Shown: in pieces, positions 39,370 through 52,584 of the stretch
How positions within the stretch are numbered: the first letter of the stretch is position 1
How the letters are laid out: every line of letters starts with the position of its first letter
Origin: Bugula neritina
Lineage: Eukaryota > Animalia > Bryozoa
Assembly (NCBI GenBank): GCA_964035545.1
Contig: OZ037768.1
Span: 11,440,741-11,504,740, forward strand
Direction of reading: 5' to 3'
DNA: 64,000 nt
Made by a program: the position numbers and the translations under genes
The notes under the pieces: generated by a model
Database searches by the model: none
What the model was told of the DNA's origin: nothing
What the model saw: the letters and a program-made list of their open reading frames with translations, nothing else

Positions 39370-41576
39370 TTAGTATATTCTGACTGCACCTCTACCAGCA
39401 ACTGTAAAATTAAACATAATTAATTTTAATCATATAATATATGATTGCATAAGGCGTTTTAGTCTGTGTATGGACATTAGAAAATATACTGATTATAATA
39501 TTATATAGTGCTGTAACAAACATATAGTGCAATAAAAATTAATATGTAGTGTTAATTATAATTAATATGTGATAGTAGAATAAATGTTCATATATGACTG
39601 ATGCATAAGATATCATCTTTGCACTTGCACTATAATTTTGGGGCATAATTCAATAAGAGAACAATTGATAAATGCGTAGTTTTTAATGCCTACATATTCT
39701 TGTGGGCCAAGTAATTCAGAATTAGTATATTTTGAGGTAATAATTTTTAAGTACTGAATTGTTATAATCTGATGACAAATTTTGTTCACTTTTTAGCCCA
39801 CCAAAAAGTTTATGAAACAAGATTTATTGTTAGGAAAGCTTGTTGTGATTTGTCAGGCATATATTAGGAAACTATTAAAAACTCATAACACATACTTAAG
39901 CTACTTTACTGATTATCTCACCAAAGTGACGCCATATTAATTTTTTGAAAACTATGCCTTTTTGCTAAAGTTAATCTTACCTCTTTGTCTAGTTCTCCTC
40001 CTAAAGACGGCAATGATAACAATAATAGTTATCAAAAGAATGGCACCTCCAACTGACACGCCTATTGCTATATACATTCCTAAAAACATTTTATAATAAA
40101 TGAATCATCAAGCAAGCAGCCATGTTTTTTTACAAATAGTAAGTGCGATGGGCTTGTCTCCTGTAAAAATTATGAAATTGCTACAAAAAAGCCAATTATG
40201 TATCATATCACAAGCCTAAAACATTAAGACTACAACATGTTTGAGTTGAAATGTGTAGCCAACTCAGTTAGTGTAGTTAACTTTGAGGGCTTTTCTAGTA
40301 TAAATCATGAGAATTAAACTGCGTCAACATTTTTGGAGATCAATTCAGAGCAGTGATGTCCAACTTCCTTAAGCATATCTGCCCCTTTCAATCCTAATAG
40401 ATAATCAAGCAGTTTTTTATGTCTATAACAGTAATATGCAGAGGATATAGCAAGCTGATAAATCAGACATATGATTGATTTTAACTGGAGCAATACTGAA
40501 AATGGACAAAGTACATTTCAGATATCTCCAAGGTATATGTGAATTGATGCTTGTATCTTAGATTGAGAACACTTAAAATCTAGATATTAATAAAAGAGCA
40601 GCAAAATAATTTATTTTTTTCAACAGAAGTTTAGTTACAGAGTTGGCCATAGCAAATAGATTAAAAGAAAATTTACTTTCTGGGTATTAGGGCTATAAGC
40701 CATAAATTATGTTATCTAAGAATGCGGCAAATGTTCAAAACTTAGAAATAACCAAAAAGCAAAAAGTAAAACAATAGCACAAAGTTATTAAATGAATACT
40801 GAAACTCTTTGGCTTTCATTTTACCTGAATTCACATTAAAAGGCGTCTTTGTTTTGACTGTAATCTTGAGGCCTCCATCGTACTCATCCGTATCATGAAA
40901 TCTGATTTTCATGGCGTTTCCAGAGGTGACTATGGTACTGTTGAGAGGTTTACCAAAAATACCCCCAGCAGTGGCCTAATTAACAAAATCTAATATTTAG
41001 CATTTATTTACAATAAACATAAGAATTAAAGCAGTGTTTGATATTATTGTGTCTTAAGCAAACAGCTTATTATTCTTTAGTTTCAATTAATTGTAAAATA
41101 GACTCTTACTGCACTTGTGAAATGAAGGAATGTTGGACCAAAGAAAAGTGCAGAGGTGTAATTAGATTCCATAAAAGCTATAGCTGGTAAGAAAGGAGTT
41201 GAGTAATCATCAAACTCAATGATGAATGAGCAGCCAGTGCAAGCATCATCATCAAGTCGAACTAGAACTTCATGTTCACACCAGGTTCCTCCAGCAGGTG
41301 CACTTTCATCTCTGTCCAGCACCAAACTATCTCCGGGATATAACTCAACTCTTGAAGGGCAACATCCACCAGATGTGCCAAGACATCCTGCGTGTACCAT
41401 TTCATAAGATGTAGATATGTTATAAATTGAAATGGTAAATAAATTATTCTAATAATTAATAAATTATACCACAGCATAATGCAGACTGTATGCGTACCTG
41501 TATTTACCAAGTTGTTGAGGCGGCACAATGCATCACTAAAAAGAGTTAGCAACAGAAGACAAACGAAAAACTTCAT
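39370..41576 (-). CDS. Type-I membrane protein with divergent CUB-like ectodomain and short tail (paralogue 3, ~212 aa)
   Basis: Exons 41576-41498 (signal peptide MKFFVCLLLLTLFSDALC), 41387-41110, 40975-40825, 40079-39981, 39401-39370; phases 1/0/1/1, total 639 nt. TM MYIAIGVSVGGAILLITIIVIIAVF; tail RRRTRQRVAGRGAVRIY*. Confidence 0.9.
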
Positions 41577-43089
41577 AGTTTTTATAAAGAGAAATACCCA
41601 AAAATTTGCACACTACTGAAATTAAAACTCAACTTTACTAGAAGCAAACACCACTGCCTTTGACCACAGATTTGCTTGTATAGATGTTTATCAACTGTCA
41701 CATACTGCTTGTATCACAGTCTACCTATCAGAAGAGTGTTTAAGTAGATGATAGTATATCTGATCTGTTGACTTATTGATAAAAAACTGCTCAAATAAAC
41801 TTGCCTACATCATAACCATAGCTCTGTGATAGAGTACTGTATTTAATAAACTATGCTCACCAAATTACATTAAATAATTTTAGCAGTATATATGTATATT
41901 TGTGCATAATAAATTAATGTGTGTAAATCAGTAATTGCAAATTATGATTCAGCATTACACTAGGAAAACCTAGTTGAGTGATTAACAGTTGTATACAGTT
42001 ATAAATTGTATGGCAAATGTTTCACAAAAATACACAAACTAATTATAATACCTATTAGAATTATTCTTTCGTTTCTAACTTTTGATTGGCTGTAATCAAA
42101 ATACCATGACTTGCTAGTTTTACATATTTACAGCACCTAACAACATTTAATGACTTTTGAGATCTGAAAATTTACCTTGTACCATGTATTCATGTGTGCA
42201 CAGTTTATTCCACCCAATTTCAAAATATTATTAGGATTTAAAAAGTGGCTTTTACAATAAACTGCAAAACCATATAGCATGGTTCCTTGAGTCTTAGGCA
42301 TTGCAACTAAGTACCAATATCAAAATAGTTTTCGTTGATGAACATTGAGTTCTATAAATCATTTAAACCCACTTTGTTTACCAAATGCTTGTTGCTGAAT
42401 TTGGTTAAAGGCAGATGTTAAAAAGAGTATCAATGCCATTAATATCATTCCTGAAGGTTTAATAGCGTGAATTTCATATCAAAATACTATGGTTGTTGGT
42501 TATTAGCAGCTACCCAACATTAATTTTTTGTCTCGAATGGTTTTAAAAGAAACCCATCATTAGTAGAAGAGAAATGATTCAAAAAGTTACTTCTTTTTGC
42601 TACTGAATTTTAATGAGTGTTTTTTAATTAAAGCAGATTGCATTTCTAGTTAAATATTATAGGCACATAATTTACTTATCTATATATTATTCAGCAAAGG
42701 ATAACAAAGTTTCACTACGAATATAATATTAAAGTTGTCAATGTGAAACAACTTCGTGGTTTTGTTTTCATAAAAATTAAAACTCAAGTTTGTTTTGTAT
42801 ACATCTAAGTTAGCTTAAACTCTTGCCGGATTTTATAATTGTCACTGCTTTTATATCTATATTAAGTGCATATTATATCTGCAATGATGATAAATGGCAT
42901 AAATTAATTGGCTGTGTACTGCATTATCATAAATGCATATATTATAATGCTTAAAATTTTCTGCTTAGTTCTATTTATATACTTATGCTTTATTGAGCCA
43001 GAAATCCCAGTGTTCTATACTTCTATTACAGTTTTTGACAATAATAGTATTATTTTAAACCCGAGTAAAAAAGTTAACATATGGAGTTA

Positions 43090-43200
43090 TTTCCCCGTAT
43101 TGTGAGTATTAATCGTCCTCAATAGCGTGACATTTCCGTCTGCTGCTTACACTTGCTAGCAGTCTGCGAAAGGTTTACAACTGCAGGTGTAAAGCGATGT
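43090..43200 (+). promoter_or_regulatory. Candidate promoter / non-coding first exon of the SIX6OS1-like gene
   Basis: Local CpG excess. The ATG exon is preceded by an acceptor (tttatttag|, 45040), so an upstream 5' UTR exon is expected. Confidence 0.35.
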
Positions 43201-45086
43201 CTTCAATTACCTCACTTTTAAAATTATATTTCATTATTTGTAATTATTGTAATAAATGTTTTTGCAATTCAACTACATTGTATAACTTTCAATGTGTATT
43301 GCAGTTTACTCTAATCTGTACTTTTAGTTGCGATATCCATATTTATGAACCATTTTGATTACCAGATTCTGATACTGATAGTAATAATAATAATATTAAT
43401 AAAACTAATAGTAATAGTAACACTAATACTGATAGTAATAGTTGACAAGTTTTTCTAAATTTTGTTTTCATTACTTAATTTTATATTTTTTTTCTACTTT
43501 ACATAACTATTAATTAATATTATTATTATTATAATGGTAATTATATAATAAAAGGAAATTATTATTAAAATTATGAGTATAATAATATTAATAATTCTAA
43601 AAGTTATTATTATTAATTTATTACAAATATAATTCATTCAATCAATATCATAGTCATACTATAATAGTAATAATAATAATAATATAATTGTAGTAATAAT
43701 ATTATGAGTATTATGATATTAATTGATAATAAATATAACAGTAAGTGAGTATACTTTTGTAAGTTGCTATAAAATTAATAGTAATTGTAAATAATATTAT
43801 TTGTATGAATGATTGACTCCCATTAAATTTACTCGCACTAGTAAGTTATTACTGCTAAGGCTTAGTTATTATAATTATATTTAGATTATAATACTAAATT
43901 TAGTATTGAAGTTCAATTGAATATATAAATTACAAGTTTATTTGCTATAACATTAATAATGTTAATTAGATAGTTAAAAACTAGAAGTTCAGTTTTCAGA
44001 AGTTATAGTTTTATAATTTTACTGCAGGAAACAAATCCCAAATATCTTGCAGATCCTATTGTATTCTTATTAAATTTATTTTTGAGACTTGCCTGAAAAT
44101 GGATATGCAAACTGGAAACACCTTAAAACTTTTTTTAAAACAAAATGTCAAAGACAGCTGCCATAAAACTAAAACATGCAACATGTGCTAAATACTCTTT
44201 ATTCATTATTATTAGTAATACTTAAAGGTAGTTCCATTACTGATAAATCATTTTAATTAAACTAAGATTTTGCTTAAAGCAAATAACTTTATATGTGTAA
44301 TACTGCTTTAGAAATTGTGTAGTTGTCTCTCAGCCAAAAGTTCAATTGTTGTCCTGATTATAAACCTACATAATCTATAAGTGAAAGTATTCACAAAACA
44401 ATCAATTTAAATTGATAATTTATAGTTGACTAATAAGTTACTACCCTATTAATTCAAGAGTTTATAATAATTGTTAATTTATAAACTTAGGCAGTGGTAT
44501 GGGCAGTAATAGCTGTATTTTGATTAAATTTAATCAAATTGAGCTATAGGAAATGAAAATATTCAAACTGTTTAAGCTTCTCTTGTATCATTAGTTTGAT
44601 TTTAAGTAGGCATTTTAGAAGAGTTAGCTATTTTTTGTGGTGTTGAGATTTCTCAATAGCCCCTATAGTGTACTGACTTGCAAGTTATAGAAGTTTAAGG
44701 TTTTTTTTCATAGAGAGGGCAGAATATTAATTTGCAATTTTAATCCATAATTGAGATAATCTGATGTTTGAAGTAGATACAAGAATGCTGTTTTATAGCA
44801 TAGTCTAGTTGTAGTGAATATTTAAAACAGTTATGTCGTCTAATTTTGAACAAATAGTTCTAAGCTTGAGTGAAATAAATTTGTAAATTCATCTTTACAT
44901 ATAAATGTAAGTGTAGTATCAACAAAGGCAATGTAGTTAACTGTGTCTACTTTAATTAAGATACTAAGAGCATTTATGCAATATATATTATTGTTTATTT
45001 AAATAATATTATAGTAACTGTATGGCATACTTTATTTAGTTCCTGAAGCTGTAGCTGTTAGCTGGTGTCAGAGACTATATAACTTC

Positions 45087-48000
45087 ATGATGAGCTGTAC
45101 CAATATGCTGACAAATGGGGAGAATTTGAATGAAACTTCGCTTTTTACTGGATTTGAAGTTCTTATTCAAAACATTGGTAAGTCAAATAAATTTAACTAT
45201 ATAATCATACAAGTATTTTTTAAGCAACTCAATTTTACATAACCCACAATTATAAATATTGATAATTCAATTGTGGTGCAGTAGAAAGCAAGCCTGTCTT
45301 TACTAGACTGCAGTTAGAAAATATTATTTTTTCTCGATCTACCTCGTGTTTAATTGATTTACTAGTTGTTACCACCACACCTTGTTGTTTTACTAAACTT
45401 GTAGATAGACCCATTTTGATTTTTTTTATAAAAATTGAAAATGCTATGCTTACGTACTCGGCAGTATAAAGTCACATGTAGAAGCTATATCTTATGCTTT
45501 ATACAATCAGGAATAATCTATGATTATGTCATTGCAGTAAGAGAGAATAATATCAAGAAAAGTTTGGTTGAACGAAAAAAGCTACAGATTGAAGGTTTGT
45601 TGTTGAATGTTGAACTATGAATGTATTATGCCATATGTACTGAGAACTGTAAAATGTATAAGATTTTTATGTTGTAACTTAATGAGCCTTCTTTGTGAAG
45701 TTTATATAATGTTTTAGAATTACAAAATGATAGCACAGAAAAGCAGGAAAGAATCAAAGTTTTCAAGTTAAAAATAGATTCCAAATTGGAACAGAATAGT
45801 CATTTACAGCAGTCACTTCTGCTTCAACAGTCCAACATTGAAAGGTGCTATATATATTCTAAAAATGTTGTTTCTCTTTAATGTTTTGTCTTTTATTAAA
45901 TATATAGCAATATATACAGAGTACATACACATGAAGCATGCAGTGATTATTATTTTACTTTGCTATAATTGCATTATTTCTGTAACGTACCTGATTTGAA
46001 TGTAATATGGCAGCCCATATATATAGTAGAAAATAATTATAATGACGTTGCTTAATATATTATATTGCTTATCTAACTGCTTGCATAAGCATGTAGTTGT
46101 TACATGCATTCAGAAATTAGTATAAATTGTTATTTACCTGACATTTGTTTATGAGTATCATTTTTCAAACATGTAATGTGTTTCACTCTATATAATATTT
46201 TGTAGGTTGAGGCAGCATGTCAATTTGCTTGAAGAACATGAAATTTCCTTGAGAAGACAACTGACTATAAAAATGCTCGAAACTAAACATAGAAAGTATG
46301 TGAAGTTGTGGAATAAATAACTTTCTAAGACACTTGATTCAGCACCATATAGTGAATAGTTCAAATAATGTTTAAAAGTAACTTTTCATTTCTTTAGTTT
46401 GGCTTTAAATCAGTCTCAATTTCATATTCCAATGGGCACAATTTTTTATTAGATTTAGTACAAGCATATTTCTAACGCAAGTTCTTCTCAAGTTAAAGCT
46501 CTAAGAGTCTAACTTGTTTTCGATGCCCTCAGACTGGTGTGAGATTTAAAAAATCAATTTTGGTAAATCAAACTCTTCTTTTATAAAGTACTTATGCAAT
46601 GAAAATATGTGCTAGATATTAGTTTCACTTTCAAGGGGGTTCTTGTGGTGTTAAATAAATAAAATTAAATGCAAACTTAACAGTGCTCATTTTTAAATTA
46701 CATGTTGATGAATTGCAACGTGTATGATATTTCTGATAAAGTTAACGAGGAAACCTTAAAATTTCTACTGCAGTGTTCAAAATGTCATTGGTTTCTGTTT
46801 TTAAACACTGCCAATTGAAAGTAGGATGGTATAAGAATTTAGGCTGTATATAGGAATTTTCTATTCATAATAATTTGTAAAAAGTGAAAATATCATTTGT
46901 TTGTATTGTCAACTAAATTCTCTTTCTGCGTTTATACAGAACTGCTTTGGAAAATTTGGCCAAGAGAGCTGAAGAAACTAGAGACCACCAGCAGGCTCTA
47001 TACCAAACTCTCCCTGCTCTGGACTCCCTCAAGTTACTCCAACTTCAGGATCAACAAACAGCATCTGATTGCAAACCTCACAGTGCGTTATACTATATTG
47101 TAGTTTTAGATTAAGAATATATGGCTAATATTATGCCTACAATTTATAATTAAGTTTGGTGTTGACCCTTTCTTTAGCTTATCTAGAATTTCAAATTATA
47201 TTGTAAGTCAAACAGAATTATATAAATTATTCAAGTCAAGTTTTTCAGCAGGTTGAAACAAGTTGAGAAATTTTAAGCACTTGAGTAAGCACAAGCTAAT
47301 GTAGCGGTGACATAGATTTCTCTCCACAATATGGTGTATGCAATCAGGCTTGCATACTGCACGGCGTATACAGACAATGTTATGATTCTTATAGATAAGT
47401 TCTTACCAGACAGTGTTATCAAAAACTATATATCTGTAAATTGTATATTTTAGATCTAGAAAATGTTTCACCTGCTAATATACCAACTTCAGAGTGTGAT
47501 GGGACAGCTGTTTGTCTCAAGGAAGGAAATGCCTCCTTTGGAAAACCACAGAGCAAGCAACCCCTGATGACTGCTGCACCAGCACTACCTGGCGACTATG
47601 ATGAATGGCAAGACAAAGGTCAGCAGGCTATTCAAGATACTGAATACCAAGAAGATATGGATAAAAAGTTCAAAGAAAACTCCAGCCTGGTAAAATCTGT
47701 TAACCCTAACGATATAGATAAACTCTTGGCAAAGCCAGGAACTGAAACTGAAGGTGTTCCAATGGATGTATGCAATGCACACTCCAATTCTTCTAAGAAA
47801 GTTCTCTCCCAAACAGCAAATCCAGGTTTTACTGTTGATTCTAGTAGTGATAAGATCAAGTGTACACACAATGATAAACAAGGTAGCAATGAAACAGAGT
47901 CTGATCGTATAATGCCTAATAAGGAGAACAACATGAAAATAAATGCTTCTAGCAACCAGAATAACTCTCCAATCTCAGAAGATGTACAAGATACTCAAAA

Positions 48001-51000
48001 TCCTATAGCCTCCAATATCAATGCAGGAGAATTGCTCGGCCAATACCAAGCTACAACTGATCATACAAATACTGAGTTAAATATATGGAATGACTCAGGT
48101 AAAACTGGCGATAACACTTTGGATAAATGTTCGGGTATGTATATGCCTTTTTTGCTGGTTTACTTTTGCATTAAAATGTCTTGATTTATTCTCCACAACT
48201 GAAACCAAATATTCTGGTTTTGTATGCTGTGCAAGTATTATTATCTAAAAATTTCCTTTCATATCCAGTTAATACCAATAAATTTAATTACATGACATCA
48301 TAGTTGATAGAAAGACTTGAGATGTCCAGGTCTGAGTAGTATAGCTCCTTAAATACAGAGTTACGTTTGTTTACATCTCTACAATGTCAATTATAGCACC
48401 ATATACTACTGTGTGATAGTGGTTATTGTGGCCAATGACTGTTTTAGATCAACCTCACTCAACTGTGGAAGTATCCTACATCCCTGCTGAGAAGAATGAA
48501 CATTCAGAAATGAAGAATTCATCTGATGATGAGAATGATATGTCCCGTTAGTTGAAATTATTTTCTCTCATATTTTTATATAATTTTATTTACCCTGGCC
48601 CTTACTTTGTAGCCTTAATTTATTTTATTTCAATGTGCAACTGGTTTAGTATAACAAGCAATTTTTATTAACCAAGTAAATTGTAGAACAATTTTGAGAT
48701 TAGCCAGTGTAATCCTTTTTACACTAATTTGGTGAAAGTCTAAAAGTTGTTCCGTTGCTAGGAAACAAAGAAAAACATTGATCACAATGCTAGTAGCTTT
48801 TATCAAATTGATTTGATCAGATACCCATTACCAGTGATATATTTTGGTTCTCTGTACTAAACATTCTAACAATTAAAATGCTGGAGCTTAACCTGGTATC
48901 TCCAACACTTTAATGTAAACTTTGCCAGCCTAGTGAATTTTTTTTACGACTCTGCTTTCATTAATGCCAATGAGTAATGATACTTATCATCTTTGATCAA
49001 TTGTAAATTGCAATTTATTTTAATTACTGTTAACTGTTATATTTTTATACAGTTTCAGACACAGCCCCAAATGATAATCTACCCTCTTTTTTGATGCAAC
49101 CCAGCTCTGATGCCAATAGCTCATCCAATACTTTCAACTTTTTCAACTGTATGAATGGAGACACTGAGGAGGAGTCTGGCCACACATTTGGTAATGCTGG
49201 GCATGTCTAAATCGCAACTTACTGTATGCTAATGTTATTAGTTAGCATCTGCCTACAGTTTTTATAAGTAAGCCTAGGGCCACACTGTGCGTATTTTCGC
49301 ATGCAAAAATTGAAATCACAAGCAGCAAAGGTGTCCACTGTACGCGTTGAGAAAACATTCGCACTTGTCGCTCAGCATTCTCAACGCAAGTGCGAATCGT
49401 CTCTGTCGTCGTCACCTAATTGGCTTGTAGTTATTCAACGAGCCCAATTCTTTTATTTTAGTGCTACATTCCAGTAAATTGCGTTTTATTGAAAGCGAGT
49501 GCGGTTTAAAAATGAAAGCTTTATTTATCACGCATCACTGACGCTACAGTGAACACCTTTGCTACTTGTGGTTTCAATTTTCGAATGCGAAAATACGCAC
49601 AGTGTGGCCCTAGGCTAATGGAGTAGAATCTTGTGGTTATAGCTTGCACTTTAACTAAGGTAAACTTGTTATTAGATATAGTTATTCAAAAATAATTAAA
49701 GTGGCATCTGCAATTTAGTATATATTTTAGGTTTGATTTTGGTCAATTTATCTATTGGAGAAATTCTATGCAAATGTTTTATTGAAAAATCTCAGTTGGC
49801 TTTGCAAAAGAAAAAGTATATAAGCTGTAATAAAGACCTGGTAGAAATAAACTTTGCCATTTTGTTTCATTTAATTATGTCATAAATCATATTCAGTCTT
49901 TTAAAAAATTTATTGATTCAGTTGAAATTAGATAACATCGCATAATCTTCCATAATCAATAATGTATGTATAGTTATTTATCTTTAATATAATATAATTG
50001 AAACTCAAACACTTTTTGTTATGAGATATGAGTAGATATTATGAAGCCAAATAGAAAACCCAACAAAATGTGGCACTGCGAATTCCACTTTGCTAAGAAA
50101 ATATTATTGTATTATATGGATTGTAAATTAGGCAAGATGAATTGGGCAACTATATTATATGTATGCTGAAATAATATAATGAAAAAAGTCTAAATATAAC
50201 TAAACATAACATGTAAAAGGCAACTCCCAAAATCTACCATCTTATATTATAGTAGAGCAAAATATATACGTATGATTTACAAATTGTGTATTATGTGTGA
50301 ATAAAGTACGGGAAAGTTAGAATTTTATTATTTCTCTCTAGCTTTTTAATGCTTATAACTGCTTTATTTACTTCAATTCAAGTTTCTATATCGAAGCAAT
50401 AAGGAAAAACTATTTGTTTTGATCGACTTTTCAAAAATGATTTGATATGAAGCATTAAATAACTTTTTTTTCCGAAAAATTTCAAATTGAAACATAATTT
50501 TATATTATTTTAAAGGCATTTGTTGTTGTAAGACAGTGAAGGCATATATAAGGTTGTTGACTCGACCCTACCGTTTCTTCCACATACCTAAATAGCACAC
50601 AACTGTTCTGTTATAAATTAGGCGTCAATTCATTCGCTCATTGTTTTTGGTCTAACAAGTACAAAATGACTCTAATTTGATTTTCGGGCACTGCATTTTT
50701 TATACTTTCAAAATTATAATTACTGTAGATATTTCTACATATAGATTTGGTAATTAATCTGTTAAAAACGGTTTTAATTTTGATCCAGGTGTTCAATTTC
50801 AAAGAGAAGAAAACTCTTTACAAGTTTTACCATGTCATTATAAATTTCAATAAGCATGCAAAATCAGATTTTTTTTACACAGCAGATTTTATAAATGCAC
50901 TCCAGTGCACCAGAAAATTGTCATAGCCTATTCAACTCACATATGATCGTAGATTGTTTATACATGTGACTAATGTATAACTCTGCCTTCTTTTAGGTTC

Positions 51001-51148
51001 TATATTTGGCATAGAAAATGGAGAAGGAGAGTCTGACGGTGAGGGTAAAGAAAGCAATGTATTGGATCGGCTGTTTGGAGGCTCTTGCGAGACCATTGGT
51101 CAACAATCAGACAACAACAGTGATGACAGTTTTCATCCATGGTTTTAA
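45087..51148 (+). CDS. SIX6OS1: SIX6OS1/C14orf39-like synaptonemal complex central element protein (~525 aa)
   Basis: Exons 45087-45177, 45538-45594, 45718-45844, 46206-46295, 46940-47082, 47454-48134, 48448-48546, 49053-49190, 50997-51148; all GT-AG, phases consistent, 1578 nt. N-terminal helical/coiled-coil region (LNETSLFTGFEVLI..LLEEHEISLRRQL..HQQALYQTLP), long disordered acidic middle, and a Phe-punctuated C-terminus (PSFLM..TFNFF..HTFG..SFHPWF*). The gene model is firm; orthology is from remembered similarity. Confidence 0.72.
49272..49615. mobile_element. PIF/Harbinger-type MITE (344 bp) in the last intron
   Basis: ~70-bp TIRs starting gcctagggccacactgtgcgtattttcgcat and ending atgcgaaaatacgcacagtgtggccctaggc; TAA TSD at 49269-49271 and 49616-49618. 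Confidence 0.9.
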
Positions 51149-51823
51149 TTTGAAGAGATTTCCCCCTACCAATCATATTTTTATTGACTTACTTTCAGTA
51201 TTAAGTATTTGTGTTGCATAACAAATGACCTGTCCCCTCTTTCCAGCTGTCATTTATAATTTCAGGTTATATTTCTTGTTTTATTTGTATTTTACCAATT
51301 CAAAATTGAGCTGTTATTGTTCAACCAGTATTGTTTCAAATAAATATTTTCTCTAGCACACATTTCAACAATTGTTTTTATTTCATCGTAATATGTTATC
51401 CAATAAAACCTGTAATTATTGAACCATATAGAAGTACAAATGTGCATTACTCAAGTTTCTGTAGCTAAAGGAGAAGGCCCTTTGTCTATAACTGCAGAAT
51501 CATTTGAGGTTCAAGGTTGAAAAATCAGCAATTGCATTCAGTTCAAAATTTACTTAAATTGCTTGAGGCTCTCTATTTAGATCTGAAATAAAAAGGTTGT
51601 TTTGCATGCTGTTCTTGCCACTGATCACATGTAGCCAAAACAGCAAGAAGAGGTACAGAAGTTTAAAGTGTCCAATTAAGTGTGTGATCAAATTCCAGTT
51701 GTTTTAAATATTTATGGTGGGTTAGAGGATAAATTAGATGTATAAGTTAACCAGCATGTTATAGCTCTCTGAATGTTGGTAGCAGTTGTTGAACAGAGAA
51801 ATCTTTTGATGGATCGGTTATTG

Positions 51824-51825
<2 letters not shown>

Positions 51826-51856
<31 letters not shown>
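51826..51856. repeat. (TA)n microsatellite
   Basis: Directly visible. Confidence 0.9.
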
Positions 51857-51857
<1 letters not shown>

Positions 51858-52584
51858 TGTGGCCAAGTTGAAAATAAATGTGGTTCAAGGAAAATTTATT
51901 TTCGAGTTTGTTGTTATACTAGTTAAGCAATGTAAAGACAAGCAATAGCAAGAATATCAGTAAAATCTAGGCTTGTTACCTTTGAGTGTAAAAAGTTATA
52001 AAGCTTTAATGACATCTTAAAAAATTTACAAAAAGTACTTAAAAACAGTTTTTGACTTGCCTCTTCAACATATATGCTCCGCAAGTGTTAAAACTACAAC
52101 GGCTGAATAATTATGTCAACGCCGTTTTATTAAAAAAAAACACAACTCTAAGTCAATAAGTTCTCTCACAATTTGGCCAGCTTTTTGTACCCCTATGACC
52201 CCCCCCCTTCCCCGTTACCCCTACTCATTGAGAACCTATATATTCAAGTATTACTATTAAGAGATAGATCGAGATATAAGTTTAACTTTGTACTAACTGC
52301 TAACAAAGCTCATAACATGTGATGTTTGCTAGCTCAAAGAGCAGCATTGTAATGTAATTTGTATTTTTTAGAATTAGTGTAGTATGCTTGAATTGCTAAA
52401 CAATATTAAATGTAGTCATTCTATAGATGTTGTATGATTATAGTATTTTATTAACTCAACACCATAATGACCAACTTAAAAATATAAAAATATATAATAT
52501 GTGAGCATTGAGCATTGTAAAATTACAGAAACTTACAATAAACTAACTAAAACTAGAAATTGTCAAGTGTAAAGGTCAGCTTGC

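Noticed and set aside
47585-47955. Minus-strand ORFs overlapping the large SIX6OS1-like exon (similarly 6903-7331, 32799-33245, 60646-60831)
   Set aside because: Antisense shadows of real coding sequence.
51018-51221. 67-aa ORF
   Set aside because: Wrong frame of the terminal SIX6OS1-like exon, which reads GSIFGIENG..SFHPWF*.
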